Source of the DNA: Fibrobacteria bacterium
Lineage (GTDB): Bacteria > Fibrobacterota > Fibrobacteria > UBA11236
DNA length: 64,000 nt
NCBI GenBank assembly: GCA_043745805.1
Contig: JAYTSD010000004.1
Location: 32,001-96,000 of the forward strand
Direction of reading: 5' to 3'
Shown: in pieces, positions 10,601 to 19,449 of the stretch
Position numbering within the stretch: the first letter of the stretch is position 1
How the letters are laid out: every line of letters starts with the position of its first letter
Made by a program: the position numbers and the translations under genes
The notes under the pieces: model-generated
What the model saw: the letters and a program-made list of their open reading frames with translations, nothing else
What the model was told of the DNA's origin: nothing
Databases searched by the model: none

Positions 10601-12193
10601 ATTAGTCACTTGTGCGAAGAGCTGATGGAAATAATTAAACAGATTTAAAGATTTATCCGATAATACCGCAATCGGCGAATCGTTACCCATCGAGCCAATG
10701 GCCTCTTCTCCAAGATTAACCATTGGAGCCATGAGTATGCGTAAATCTTCCAAAGTATAGCCGAAAAACTTTTGTCTTCGAAGCAAAGTTTCGGTATCGG
10801 GTTGCTTAATTTCACGCGGCGGTTTCAGCTGCGAGAGTTCAATTTTTTCCTTGGCTAACCATTTTGCATAAGGCTTACGTGCGCAAATGCGGGCTTTAAT
10901 TTCTTCATCGGGAATAATTCGGCCTTCATCAATACTGGCAATAAACATGCGGCCAGGTTGCAAGCGGCCTTTGAGCTTAATAGTTTCCGGAGGAAATTCT
11001 AATACACCAGCTTCTGAGGCCATCACGAGGACATCGTCTTCGGTAAGCACATAGCGACTAGGACGCAAACCATTGCGATCCAAAGTAGCCCCAATTAAAT
11101 GGCCATCGGTGAAGGCTACCGAAGCAGGGCCATCCCAAGGTTCCATTAAGGTTCCATGATATTCATAAAAAGCTTTTTTCTCAGGAGACATTTCGGAATC
11201 TTTTTCCCAAGCTTCGGGAATAAGCATCATCATCACATGAGGTAAAGAGCGACCTCCTAAAACAAGCAATTCCACAACATTATCTAGTTTAGCAGAATCG
11301 GATCCGTCTTCATCGATGATAGGCAAAAGTTTTTTGATTTCATCGGGTGTGAATAATTTGGATTTTAATAAAGTTTCGCGCGAGCGCATCCAATTGACAT
11401 TACCACGCAAGGTATTGATTTCACCGTTGTGAGCAATGTAACGAAATGGATGGGCTAATGGCCAAGTGGGAAAGGTGTTCGTGGAAAAGCGGCTATGCAC
11501 TAAGGCTAATGCCGATTCAAAACTTTCATCATGCAAGTCATTGAAATACTCTAAAACTTGAGAGGAAATAAATAAGCCTTTATAAACTATGGTTTTATAA
11601 GACAAGGATCCGACATAAAAATATTCGGTTCCAGGAATACTGCTTTCGCGAATACAACGTTCGGCATATTTACGAATGACATATAATTTGCGTTCAAAAG
11701 CATCCGCATCTTTGGCATTTTTGCCGCGCTGAATAAAGACTTGCATCATTTTGGGTTCGGTAGCTTTAACCATTTCGGCAATACCCGTATTGTTTACAGG
11801 TAAATTTCTCCAACCGATAATTTTTTGACCCAATTCTTCTGTAGAACGTGTGAAAATCTTTTTGCATTCCGCCAAAGAAGTTTCATCATGAGGCATGAAA
11901 AGTTGTCCCACAGCATATTCACCTGGAGGAGGTAATGTGAAGCCTAATTCGGAACATTTCTTCAAGAAAAATTCATGTGGAATTTGGGTTAAAATACCGG
12001 CGCCGTCGCCTGCATTTTTTTCTGCACCTGAAGCACCACGATGCTCTAAGTTGGCGAGCAATTCTATTCCTTTGGAAACAATCCAATGGGATTTCTTGCC
12101 CCTCAAATTCACCACAAAGCCGACGCCACAAGCATCGTGCTCATTCTGAGGATGATACAAACCTTCCGCCGGGGGGTAACCTAGGTGCTTCAT
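7649..12193 (-). CDS. gltB: Glutamate synthase large (alpha) subunit
   Basis: EHDACGVG (catalytic Cys), HSRFSTNT, QIKVAQGAKPGEGGQLPG, CIMMRKCHLNTCP [3Fe-4S] motif, C-terminal GXGXG domain. Confidence 0.99.
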   Translation of the reverse strand: MKHLGYPPAEGLYHPQNEHDACGVGFVVNLRGKKSHWIVSKGIELLANLEHRGASGAEKNAGDGAGILTQIPHEFFLKKCSELGFTLPPPGEYAVGQLFMPHDETSLAECKKIFTRSTEELGQKIIGWRNLPVNNTGIAEMVKATEPKMMQVFIQRGKNAKDADAFERKLYVIRKYAERCIRESSIPGTEYFYVGSLSYKTIVYKGLFISSQVLEYFNDLHDESFESALALVHSRFSTNTFPTWPLAHPFRYIAHNGEINTLRGNVNWMRSRETLLKSKLFTPDEIKKLLPIIDEDGSDSAKLDNVVELLVLGGRSLPHVMMMLIPEAWEKDSEMSPEKKAFYEYHGTLMEPWDGPASVAFTDGHLIGATLDRNGLRPSRYVLTEDDVLVMASEAGVLEFPPETIKLKGRLQPGRMFIASIDEGRIIPDEEIKARICARKPYAKWLAKEKIELSQLKPPREIKQPDTETLLRRQKFFGYTLEDLRILMAPMVNLGEEAIGSMGNDSPIAVLSDKSLNLFNYFHQLFAQVTNPPIDSIREEMVMSLTSFVGKEDNLLDETDKHCRVIELPQPVLTNDDLERLRWVDKNHFQARTIPIVFKSSVGEKRLEKALERIRRQASEAIQEGYNVIVLSDKPVDSDHAAVPSLLAVAAVHHHLIREGTRSQCGIIIETGEAREVHHFACLLGYGASAINPYLAFESIEDMRRRKLMADTLTPEKAQYQYIKSINKGLMKIISKMGISTIQSYIGAQIFEAVGLSQDLVDEYFTGTVSRLGGSEIDTLEEETLLRHRFAYPQEQTGDEWDLEVGGQYQWRQRGDRHLFNPDTIHKLQQSSRTNNYKTYKEYARSVDEQSRNLYTIRGLLDLVNTNPIPLEEVESVENILKRFASGAMSFGSISWEAHTTLAIAMNRIGAKSNTGEGGEDPIRYKPLPNGDSMRSAIKQVASGRFGVTSAYLVNADELQIKVAQGAKPGEGGQLPGKKVDKWIARTRHSTPWVGLISPPPHHDIYSIEDLAQLIYDLKNANHKARISVKLVSEVGVGTIAAGVAKAHSDVVLIAGYDGGTGASPLTSIKHAGLPWELGLAETHQVLLKNGLRSRIVVQTDGQLRTGRDIAIATLLGAEEWGVATAGLVVMGCIMMRKCHLNTCPVGIATQDEDLRKLFSGEADHVVNFFRFLAEDLREHMALLGFRTISEMVGRVDKLAPKKDIKHWKAKNLDLNKLLYNMGAKTGGSFCCESQDHGLEKALDWQLIEMAKPALENAKPVRAEFKIRNVHRTVGTLLSSEVTRKYGENGLPEDTIYFKAKGSAGQSFSAFGVKGVTFELEGEANDYFCKGLSGGKVILYPPKNSKFIPRDNVIVGNVSFYGATSGEAYIYGMAGERFCVRNSGARVVVESVGDHGCEYMTGGKAVILGEIGRNFAAGMSGGIAYIWDVAGKLASRINKEMVDLEELSESEEIIEVKGMIEKYLEYTNSPTAKEILSHWKENQGKFIKVMPRDYKRALADLAAEATMQMEKGNG

Positions 12194-12434
12194 CTTAGTT
12201 CTCTTCTCATTAAATCAAAATCAATAACATTACTTAAAAAACTTACCGATATTTTCGCAAACCGAAAACCACCGTCAAAGCGATACCATAGAGTGGTATG
12301 CCTTAGCGAGGCCCACAATAGCGCTTTCTGGCACTATCGGGCACTATCTTGGCGGGCTTTTCAACCCAGCCCAAAAATAAGAAGATTTTGGATTTAGTCA
12401 CCTTTTTAATTACTCAAGAGGCGAACTTTCTCTT

Positions 12435-13004
12435 TTAAGGGTTAAATTGAGAAATGTCCCCGTGCTCTTCAGCGCTTAACAAATAGGCTTTGACATCGAT
12501 ATTTAGGACTTCCCAAGACCCTGCAGCAATTTCATTTTCCAATTGGCCGACTCCCCATCCAGAGTACCCCAAAAAAAGTCGAGAAGTTTTCAGGTCAATA
12601 TCAAGAATAGATTGAATGGATGCCCATTCCCCTCCAAGAAATAAATTAGGCAATATTTCCATTGCTCCAAAAGCCGGATTTTCCGTGATTTGCAAAACTT
12701 GTAATTCCTCGCTTTGAACTGGCCCGCCAATAAAAATCGGTCTGAGATTTTTAGCCTCAAATCCTTGTCCTTCAAATACTTCCGACAGTGGCATATGCGT
12801 TACACAGTTTAACACCAGCCCATAAGCGCCTTGTTCATTATGGCGGCAAATGAGGATTTTGGAACCCTTAAAATTTGGATCCAATAAGCTTTGCCTTGCC
12901 AACAAAATACAACCCGAACTCAGTCGTTTTATATGGTCGGCAGGTACGAAATCACCTACGTGATTTTCGGGTGAATCTTCTGGTTGCGAATTTTTAGATT
13001 TCAT
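12435..13004 (-). CDS. YqgE/AlgH (DUF179) family protein
   Basis: DPNF...GAYGLVLN, FIGGPV, RLFLGYSGWGVGQLENEI. Confidence 0.9.
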   Translation of the reverse strand: MKSKNSQPEDSPENHVGDFVPADHIKRLSSGCILLARQSLLDPNFKGSKILICRHNEQGAYGLVLNCVTHMPLSEVFEGQGFEAKNLRPIFIGGPVQSEELQVLQITENPAFGAMEILPNLFLGGEWASIQSILDIDLKTSRLFLGYSGWGVGQLENEIAAGSWEVLNIDVKAYLLSAEEHGDISQFNP

Positions 13005-13214
13005 CCCTTTGAATATAAAATAATCATAGCGTTACTTCGCTTTTACTTGAGGTTTGACAAGGACTTAAGCCCCTTAAACCAGTATATTCCAAAATGCCCA
13101 AAAACTGAGTTAAAAGATTCTGAAAAGCTATTCAAGTTCACCTCCTCTTTGCCGATAAAGTCCGTAGGTATCGCAAATTTCAGTAGATCCAAGTGGATCT
13201 CAAGGGAGAAAAAA

Positions 13215-13736
13215 ATGCCACAGACCGTTATGAATCCCTCACTTATCAGTCCCTCCCGAATTCGACGTGAAACTCGCCAATGCAAACATCCAGCTTGCGG
13301 CAAAAAATTTGATGGCTCCCCAACATCACTTTATTGCCCCGAGCATAGAACTCGCAAAAGCCGTGCTGAACGTTTTGTCCCTAAACAAGTAGCTTCTCCT
13401 GCAGAAAACAATTTGGTGTTTCAGGATATTCCCTCAACCCAATCGGTTCCGGTACAAAAAACTATGGCCTGCGCTTTAGCCCAATGCGGCAGGCATTATA
13501 CCTTTGCCGTATATTCGGATCATACTATTTACCCCATGTATTGTGATTTACATCGAACTGAGTTTAAGCGACGATTCTTCTTGCGCATGGCAGAACAAGG
13601 GAAAAACATTCATTATGAAAAATCGCAAATAAAAAAATGGAGCGATTATGAAGTTCAATTTGAGGATTATGCATTGCAACAACAGCCATTAGATGCTTTT
13701 TTAACTCGCAAACCTCGATCTTCGCGGCCGCAATAA
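13215..13736 (+). CDS. Hypothetical protein with two Cys/His (putative zinc-binding) modules
   Basis: Start moved to ATG 13215 (AGGGAG RBS, removes the overlap with yqgE); CKHPACG...YCPEHR and CALAQCG...YCDLHR. Confidence 0.7.
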   Translation: MPQTVMNPSLISPSRIRRETRQCKHPACGKKFDGSPTSLYCPEHRTRKSRAERFVPKQVASPAENNLVFQDIPSTQSVPVQKTMACALAQCGRHYTFAVYSDHTIYPMYCDLHRTEFKRRFFLRMAEQGKNIHYEKSQIKKWSDYEVQFEDYALQQQPLDAFLTRKPRSSRPQ

Positions 13737-13773
13737 TTTTTTTTAATCCTTAAGTTTCTACAATAAAAAAATA

Positions 13774-13814
13774 TTACCTTCCTTCTCTTTCTCGGTTAAA
13801 GATAAGGAAGGTAA
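13774..13814. terminator. Long hairpin (17-bp stem, 1 mismatch); terminator or regulatory stem
   Basis: TTACCTTCCTTCTCTTT-ctcggtt-AAAGATAAGGAAGGTAA; no U-tract on the plus strand. Confidence 0.45.
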
Positions 13815-13875
13815 CATCTCGGTTTCCCCACAATTCCCCATCAATGTTGCGATTAACCAGCGTGATACCCTACTT

Positions 13876-14481
13876 TTGTTCACAAAGTTTCCTGAACTCG
13901 GAAAGTGTAAAACCCGCTTAGCCAAAACATTGGGTGTAGATAAAGCCTTACAAATTTATCGAGCATTGCTGGGATATACCCTAAGCACAATTAAGCAAAC
14001 TCCTTTTTATAAAGTAGCAGTGATCACTCCAGATGATAGCATGGCTACTTCTGGGCAGTGGGCCGCTAATTTGGATGATTATTGGCCCCAAGGCGAAGGT
14101 GATTTAGGACAAAGAATATTTCGCGCCATTGAATTGGCATTTCAATCGGGTGCAAGATCAGTAATAATTTTAGGTGCAGATTGCCCACAAATTACTCCAA
14201 TAACTATTAAAAAGGCCTTTACTGAGTTAGAAAAAGTTGATTTAGTCCTTGGACCAAGTCATGATGGAGGCTATTATTTGCTCGGTTGCAAAAAAGCTTT
14301 TCCCTTTCTTTTTCAGGGTATTCCTTGGAGCACGGAAGATGTTTTAAAAATAACGCGGAACATTCTAAATTTGCACGACTTAAGCTACATTTTGCTCGAA
14401 AAATTGTTCGACATCGACACAGAAGAAGACTTAAACCAAATAAGAAACTTCACTTCACTTAATAATTTGGGAATCGATTAA
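13876..14481 (+). CDS. DUF2064 / TIGR04282-type GT-A fold (CofC/MobA-like) transferase; true start probably a few codons upstream
   Basis: FTKFPELGKCKTRL, QGEGDLGQRI, ILGADCP, LGPSHDGGYYLLG, IPWST, DIDTEEDL. Confidence 0.88.
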   Translation: MFTKFPELGKCKTRLAKTLGVDKALQIYRALLGYTLSTIKQTPFYKVAVITPDDSMATSGQWAANLDDYWPQGEGDLGQRIFRAIELAFQSGARSVIILGADCPQITPITIKKAFTELEKVDLVLGPSHDGGYYLLGCKKAFPFLFQGIPWSTEDVLKITRNILNLHDLSYILLEKLFDIDTEEDLNQIRNFTSLNNLGID

Positions 14482-15986
14482 TGCGGGATTCACTTGTCTA
14501 TTTACTCTTCGGCCTATATGCCATCGCCTCAGTTGGCCTATTTATTTACGGAATTAATTGCTATTGGCTGCTGACATTATTTTTAAAAAATAAACGCAAG
14601 GAGGTTGTGCATGACCGCCGCAAGCTCAGAGTATTTTATGCGGGTCAAGGTTTAGAAAAACTCCCCTTGGTAACCACACAGTTACCCGTTTACAATGAAC
14701 GTAATGTGGTAGAGCGACTATTAGACGCTGTTTGCGCTATGGAATACCCTGCTGGTCGTCATGAAATTCAATTGCTCGATGATTCCACGGATGGAACCGA
14801 TAAATTCAATGCCGAATTAGTGGCAAAGAAAAGAGCGGAAGGCCATGATATTGTGCATATTCACCGCACCCATCGCCATGACTATAAAGCAGGGGCCTTA
14901 AACGAAGGTATGGATGTCGCTAAAGGCGAATTCCTCGCCATCTTTGATGCAGACTTTGTTCCTCCTACGGATTATCTCTTAAAATGCGTACCCTTTTTGA
15001 CTATGGATGATGGCATTGGCCTAGTACAGGCACGCTGGGGTCATTTAAACTCACAAGAATCCTCATTAACATTGGCACAAAGCATTGGCATTGATGGACA
15101 TTTTGTAATTGAACAAAGTGCCCGCTCATGGGGCCGTTTATTCATGAACTTTAATGGCACCGCTGGAATTTGGCGTAAACAAGCCATTATTTCATCGGAA
15201 GGCTGGCAAGGCGACACCCTCACCGAAGATATGGATTTATCCTACCGCGCACAACTTGTTGGCTGGAGAATGAAGTTCCTTTATGATGTGGTCGTGCCTG
15301 CGGAGTTACCTTCGGATATCAATGCTTTTAAATCCCAACAATTCCGCTGGGCTAAAGGCTCCATTCAAACGGCGATGAAATTGTTGCCTAAAGTTTTGGC
15401 TTCCAAGCAAAGCTTGGCGGTTAAAGCCCAAAGCGTTTTACATACTACCCATTATATGATTCATCCTTTGATGTTAATCACCGCTCTATTAGCCATGCCA
15501 CTGCTATTGTACTTTCCATTCAAATTGGGAAATTATGCTTTTGCCAGCCTTTGTATGCTGATTTTAGTTTCTTCCTTGGCGCCGTCCATACTTTATTTGG
15601 TTGCGCAAAAAATGTCTCGCAAAAACTGGAAGAGTCGCATGCTTTCTTTGCCAACCCTTATGGCACTTGGTGTAGGCGTTGCTTTTAATAATACACGCGC
15701 CGTTGTCAGCGCTTTGTCTGGTCAAAAAGGTGCTTTTATTCGTACGCCTAAAGCCGGTGATAAAACCGTACAAATTTATGCTTCCAAATTTCCTGTGACT
15801 TCTATAATTGAATTAAGCCTTGCCGCTTATTGCTTTATGGGTTTCAAGGTTTATACAGCGCATCAAAAGTTTTTAGTAGGTCCATTTTTAGGACTTTATG
15901 CAGTAGGCTTTTTAGTAGTAGGAACCATGTCGCTTTTTCATCACTTACGCAAAGTATTTCAACTTCGCGTGAGAGCTGGCGCCTAA
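14481..15986 (+). CDS. Cellulose-synthase-like (CslA-type) membrane GT2 glycosyltransferase
   Basis: QLPVYNE, LDDSTD, KAGAL, FDADF, FNGTAG, TEDMD, QQFRWAKG (QxxRW), multiple C-terminal TMs. Confidence 0.93.
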   Translation: MRDSLVYLLFGLYAIASVGLFIYGINCYWLLTLFLKNKRKEVVHDRRKLRVFYAGQGLEKLPLVTTQLPVYNERNVVERLLDAVCAMEYPAGRHEIQLLDDSTDGTDKFNAELVAKKRAEGHDIVHIHRTHRHDYKAGALNEGMDVAKGEFLAIFDADFVPPTDYLLKCVPFLTMDDGIGLVQARWGHLNSQESSLTLAQSIGIDGHFVIEQSARSWGRLFMNFNGTAGIWRKQAIISSEGWQGDTLTEDMDLSYRAQLVGWRMKFLYDVVVPAELPSDINAFKSQQFRWAKGSIQTAMKLLPKVLASKQSLAVKAQSVLHTTHYMIHPLMLITALLAMPLLLYFPFKLGNYAFASLCMLILVSSLAPSILYLVAQKMSRKNWKSRMLSLPTLMALGVGVAFNNTRAVVSALSGQKGAFIRTPKAGDKTVQIYASKFPVTSIIELSLAAYCFMGFKVYTAHQKFLVGPFLGLYAVGFLVVGTMSLFHHLRKVFQLRVRAGA

Positions 15987-16043
15987 TTTCTTATTTCTAA
16001 ACAGAAACAAATTATTTCATTAGGGTTATATGCCCTACCCTTT

Positions 16044-17282
16044 TTGGGAATCGCCATTATACATCGTCCCGAGGCCCATTTTTGGGCCTTTATTTTTTGC
16101 TTCCTTTGCGCTTATAGTCTCTACTGGTTTTATTGGATTCATCGCGCAATACCTTTGTCTATAGGCTTATTAGTCGGTTTGGGTTTATTACTTAGAGTAC
16201 TTTTTTTAACTCTCCAATCGGGCGATGATATTTACCGTTATCTCTGGGAAAGTAAAATGTGGGCCCAAGGATTAAATCCTTATCACTTGGCACCAAATAA
16301 CTTATCCTTAATAGCATTACGCGATGCCAATTGGGCATCTATAAATCATCCAAATTTTCCAGCCATCTATCCTCCGCTTACCCAGTTCTTTTTTTTCCTC
16401 TTCGGATTGATTTCTCGATCGATTTGGTTTTTCAAAAGCATGTTACTGGTTTTTGATTTAGCCTGTTTAATCCTATTCCTAAAACTAAGTTGCTGCATTT
16501 CCCCAGTAACAGAAAAACAAAATCAATGGTTAGCTTTATTTTTTTTAAATCCATTATGGATATTAGAAGGCGCTGGACGTGGACATTTCGAAAGTATTTT
16601 TCTGTTTTTTATTTTACTTATGCTTTGGAGTTTGCAAAAAAATCAAATCGTGAGAAGCCATATTTATTGGGCTGCCAGTCTATTGATTAAAAGTACTTCG
16701 CTATTTTTAATGCCTCTTATGGTTTTGGAATTTAATCGAAAAAATGGTGTGCTAAAAATTATCCTTAGTGCGCTAACTTTAGCTATAACTTTTACCTGTA
16801 TGCAATTAAGCGGTAATCTGGCAAATTTGCAACGCTTTGCTTTAGATTTTCAATACAATTCTTTAATCCCATTTTTGTGGCAAAAAATTTTAGGTCAAAT
16901 TCACTATACGCCACAAACTGCATTTTATACCTCGCTGACTTTGATCAGTGTGGGAATATGGGGATTATGGAATCAATGGTTCAGTAAAAATTCTTGGAAG
17001 CAACAAGGTTTATTCTGGATGGGACTAGCCCTTTTTTTTACTCCCACTTTGCATGCATGGTATTTTTTGTGGATACTTCCCTTTGCTATTTGGAATGAAT
17101 CCAAACCGTGGCTATTGGCCTGCGGAACTGTGGTATTAACTTATGCCGTGGATGCACAAGCCTTTCACACAGGGCAATGGCAAGAAATTACTTGGCTAAG
17201 ATTTCCGGAATTTGTACCGCCCTTATTGCTCCTTTTTTATTCTTGGAAGTTACATGGAAAACGCCAAAAAATTTTCGCATAG
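16044..17282 (+). CDS. Polytopic GT-C (GT87-like) glycosyltransferase
   Basis: SGDDIYRYLW, INHP..PAIYPP, NPLWILEGAGRGHFE, PTLHAWY; about 10 TMs. Start uncertain. Confidence 0.8.
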   Translation: MGIAIIHRPEAHFWAFIFCFLCAYSLYWFYWIHRAIPLSIGLLVGLGLLLRVLFLTLQSGDDIYRYLWESKMWAQGLNPYHLAPNNLSLIALRDANWASINHPNFPAIYPPLTQFFFFLFGLISRSIWFFKSMLLVFDLACLILFLKLSCCISPVTEKQNQWLALFFLNPLWILEGAGRGHFESIFLFFILLMLWSLQKNQIVRSHIYWAASLLIKSTSLFLMPLMVLEFNRKNGVLKIILSALTLAITFTCMQLSGNLANLQRFALDFQYNSLIPFLWQKILGQIHYTPQTAFYTSLTLISVGIWGLWNQWFSKNSWKQQGLFWMGLALFFTPTLHAWYFLWILPFAIWNESKPWLLACGTVVLTYAVDAQAFHTGQWQEITWLRFPEFVPPLLLLFYSWKLHGKRQKIFA

Positions 17283-17970
17283 TTGCATTATTATCCCCGT
17301 ACTCAATGAAGAAAAATCCATTGCCGCCGTATTGCAGGCTTTACCTAAAGGTTTTTTAGAAATTATTGTAGTGGATAATGGCTGCACTGACTCGACTCCC
17401 GAAATAGCACGTAACCTAGGCGCTACTATACTAAAAGAGCCGCGCAAAGGCTATGGAGCGGCTTGCCTGAAAGGCATTTCCGCCTTAAATCCAAAAACAG
17501 AAATTGTCGTTTTTATGGATGGGGATTATAGTGATTTCCCCGAAGAAATAAATAACCTGATAGCGCCGATAATAAATGATAATTATGATATGGTCATTGG
17601 TTCGCGAGTACTCGGGGCTTCTGAAAAAGGTGCGCTTTTACCGGTCGCTCGTTTTGGCAATTGGCTTTCTACTCGGCTTATTTACTGGGGTTGGGGATTT
17701 CAATATACGGATCTAGGCCCCTTTCGCAGTATTCGCTATGCGGCCTTAAAAAAAATAAATATGGTCGATCAAAATTTTGGATGGACTGTTGAAATGCAAG
17801 TCAAGGCTTTGAATTTGAAATTAAAAATAATCGAAGTTCCAGTAAGTTATAGAAAACGCTTGGGACAATCTAAAATTTCGGGAACTCTATTAGGAAGTAT
17901 CAAAGCCGGTCATAAAATTCTGTGGACTATTGGTAGGGAATGGCTCAAACTATGTTGCAAAAAAATCTAA
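17254..17970 (+). CDS. GT2 glycosyltransferase, polyprenol-phosphate glycosyltransferase-like
   Basis: IIPVLNEE, VVDNGCTD, GYGAACLKG, MDGDYSD, TDLGPFR, GWTVEMQ; the in-frame ATG at 17254 is the more likely start. Confidence 0.9.
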   Translation: MENAKKFSHSCIIIPVLNEEKSIAAVLQALPKGFLEIIVVDNGCTDSTPEIARNLGATILKEPRKGYGAACLKGISALNPKTEIVVFMDGDYSDFPEEINNLIAPIINDNYDMVIGSRVLGASEKGALLPVARFGNWLSTRLIYWGWGFQYTDLGPFRSIRYAALKKINMVDQNFGWTVEMQVKALNLKLKIIEVPVSYRKRLGQSKISGTLLGSIKAGHKILWTIGREWLKLCCKKI

Positions 17971-18019
17971 GTGAAAAAAATTCAGGCCAAGTTGTTACCT
18001 TTGCCAGGGTAGAAAAAGT

Positions 18020-19396
18020 ATGAGTTCTAATTTTTATCCCTTATCTCTTGATTTAAAAAACCAACCTGTTTTGGTAGTGGGTGCGGGCAAAATTGCTGCG
18101 CGAAAAATTCCGGAACTTTTGCAATGTGGCGCCAAGATTACCGTCATATCACCAGAGCATTCAGAAGCTTTGCAGCATTTGGCTTCGGCTTTGGATATAC
18201 GCCCAAAGGCTTATGTTTCCGGCGATGAAAATGGATATTATTTGGTATTTGCCTGTACCGATTCCGAAGCACTTAATGAAAGCATTGCTTTAAGCTGTCT
18301 CGGAAAAAAAATCCTTTGTAATACCGCCCATTCGGCAGAAAAATCTTCTTTTCACGTACCCGGTGTGATACGTAAGGGTGAAGTAACGGTAGCCATAAGT
18401 AGCGGAGGAGCCGCTCCCGGACTCACCCGTTATTTAAAAAGTAAGCTTAGTGCCTATTTGGGAGACTCCTTAGCAGGATTAACGCTTTTGCTGAAAATTT
18501 TGCGGCAAAAAGTTCGTCAAGATTATTCCCCTGCACAAGCTATTGCTTGGTTAGAGAGCTTGCCTTATGCATTGGTTTATAGTCTAGCCGACGAAAAAGG
18601 ATTAACCGAAGCCGAAGCATGGTTAGAAAATTGGCTCGAAGAAAAAAAACACCCTAAAGTTATACCTAAACGTATTATTCACCCTGTGATACTTGCTGGT
18701 GCAGGCCCTGGGCATCCTAAATTACTTACTCTAATGGCCTTAGAAGCCATACAAAATGCCGAAATCATTTTACATGACAGACTTATTCCCTTAGAGATTT
18801 TGCAAAAAGCGGCTCCCACTTGCCGATTAATTCCCGTGGAAAAAAGAGGCCATCAAGAAAGTATGCGCCAAGAGCATATCAATACTTTGCTTCTTGAGTA
18901 TGCACAAAAAGGATTTAAAGTCTTACGCCTCAAAGGTGGCGATCCCTTTATATTTGGCCGTGGTTATGAAGAAATTCAAGCTTTGGAAACGGCAAATATT
19001 GCCTGGCAAATTATTCCTGGGTTAAGCTCTGCCCTTGCAGCACCAGCGCTTGCAGGGTTACCTCTCACCCATCGGGGCATGGCGCGTTCCTTCGCGGTAA
19101 TGTCGGGCATGGCCTATGCACAAACGAATGTCGATATTCCCAAGGCGGATACCATTGTGCTACTCATGGGCTATCAACGCTTACAGGAAATTATTCCAGC
19201 TTTTATAGAAAAAGGCTGGTCGCCAGAAACACCGGTCGCCGCTATTCAAAATGGAACGCGACCGGAACAAAGACTTTGCATTTCCACTTTAAAGGACATT
19301 GCATTCGAAACTGCAAAATTGGGTTTTGATTCTCCGGTACTGCTAGTCATTGGTGAAGCCGCTGCTTTGGCAAAAACCCAAATCACTAAATCATAA
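18020..19396 (+). CDS. cysG: Siroheme synthase (precorrin-2 dehydrogenase/ferrochelatase fused to uroporphyrinogen-III C-methyltransferase)
   Basis: N-terminal VVGAGKIA and AISSGGAAP; C-terminal GAGPGHPKLLT, RLKGGDPFIFGRGYEE, PLTHRG. Confidence 0.93.
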   Translation: MSSNFYPLSLDLKNQPVLVVGAGKIAARKIPELLQCGAKITVISPEHSEALQHLASALDIRPKAYVSGDENGYYLVFACTDSEALNESIALSCLGKKILCNTAHSAEKSSFHVPGVIRKGEVTVAISSGGAAPGLTRYLKSKLSAYLGDSLAGLTLLLKILRQKVRQDYSPAQAIAWLESLPYALVYSLADEKGLTEAEAWLENWLEEKKHPKVIPKRIIHPVILAGAGPGHPKLLTLMALEAIQNAEIILHDRLIPLEILQKAAPTCRLIPVEKRGHQESMRQEHINTLLLEYAQKGFKVLRLKGGDPFIFGRGYEEIQALETANIAWQIIPGLSSALAAPALAGLPLTHRGMARSFAVMSGMAYAQTNVDIPKADTIVLLMGYQRLQEIIPAFIEKGWSPETPVAAIQNGTRPEQRLCISTLKDIAFETAKLGFDSPVLLVIGEAAALAKTQITKS

Positions 19397-19449
19397 GGCA
19401 ATAAGAGTCTCCGTATTTTGCAACCCTGTATTTTTCTACCTTTGGGCCG

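Noticed and set aside
12984-13214. N-terminal 77 codons of the 250-aa ORF in the track
   Set aside because: The TTG start overlaps the divergent yqgE gene; ATG 13215 has a clear RBS.
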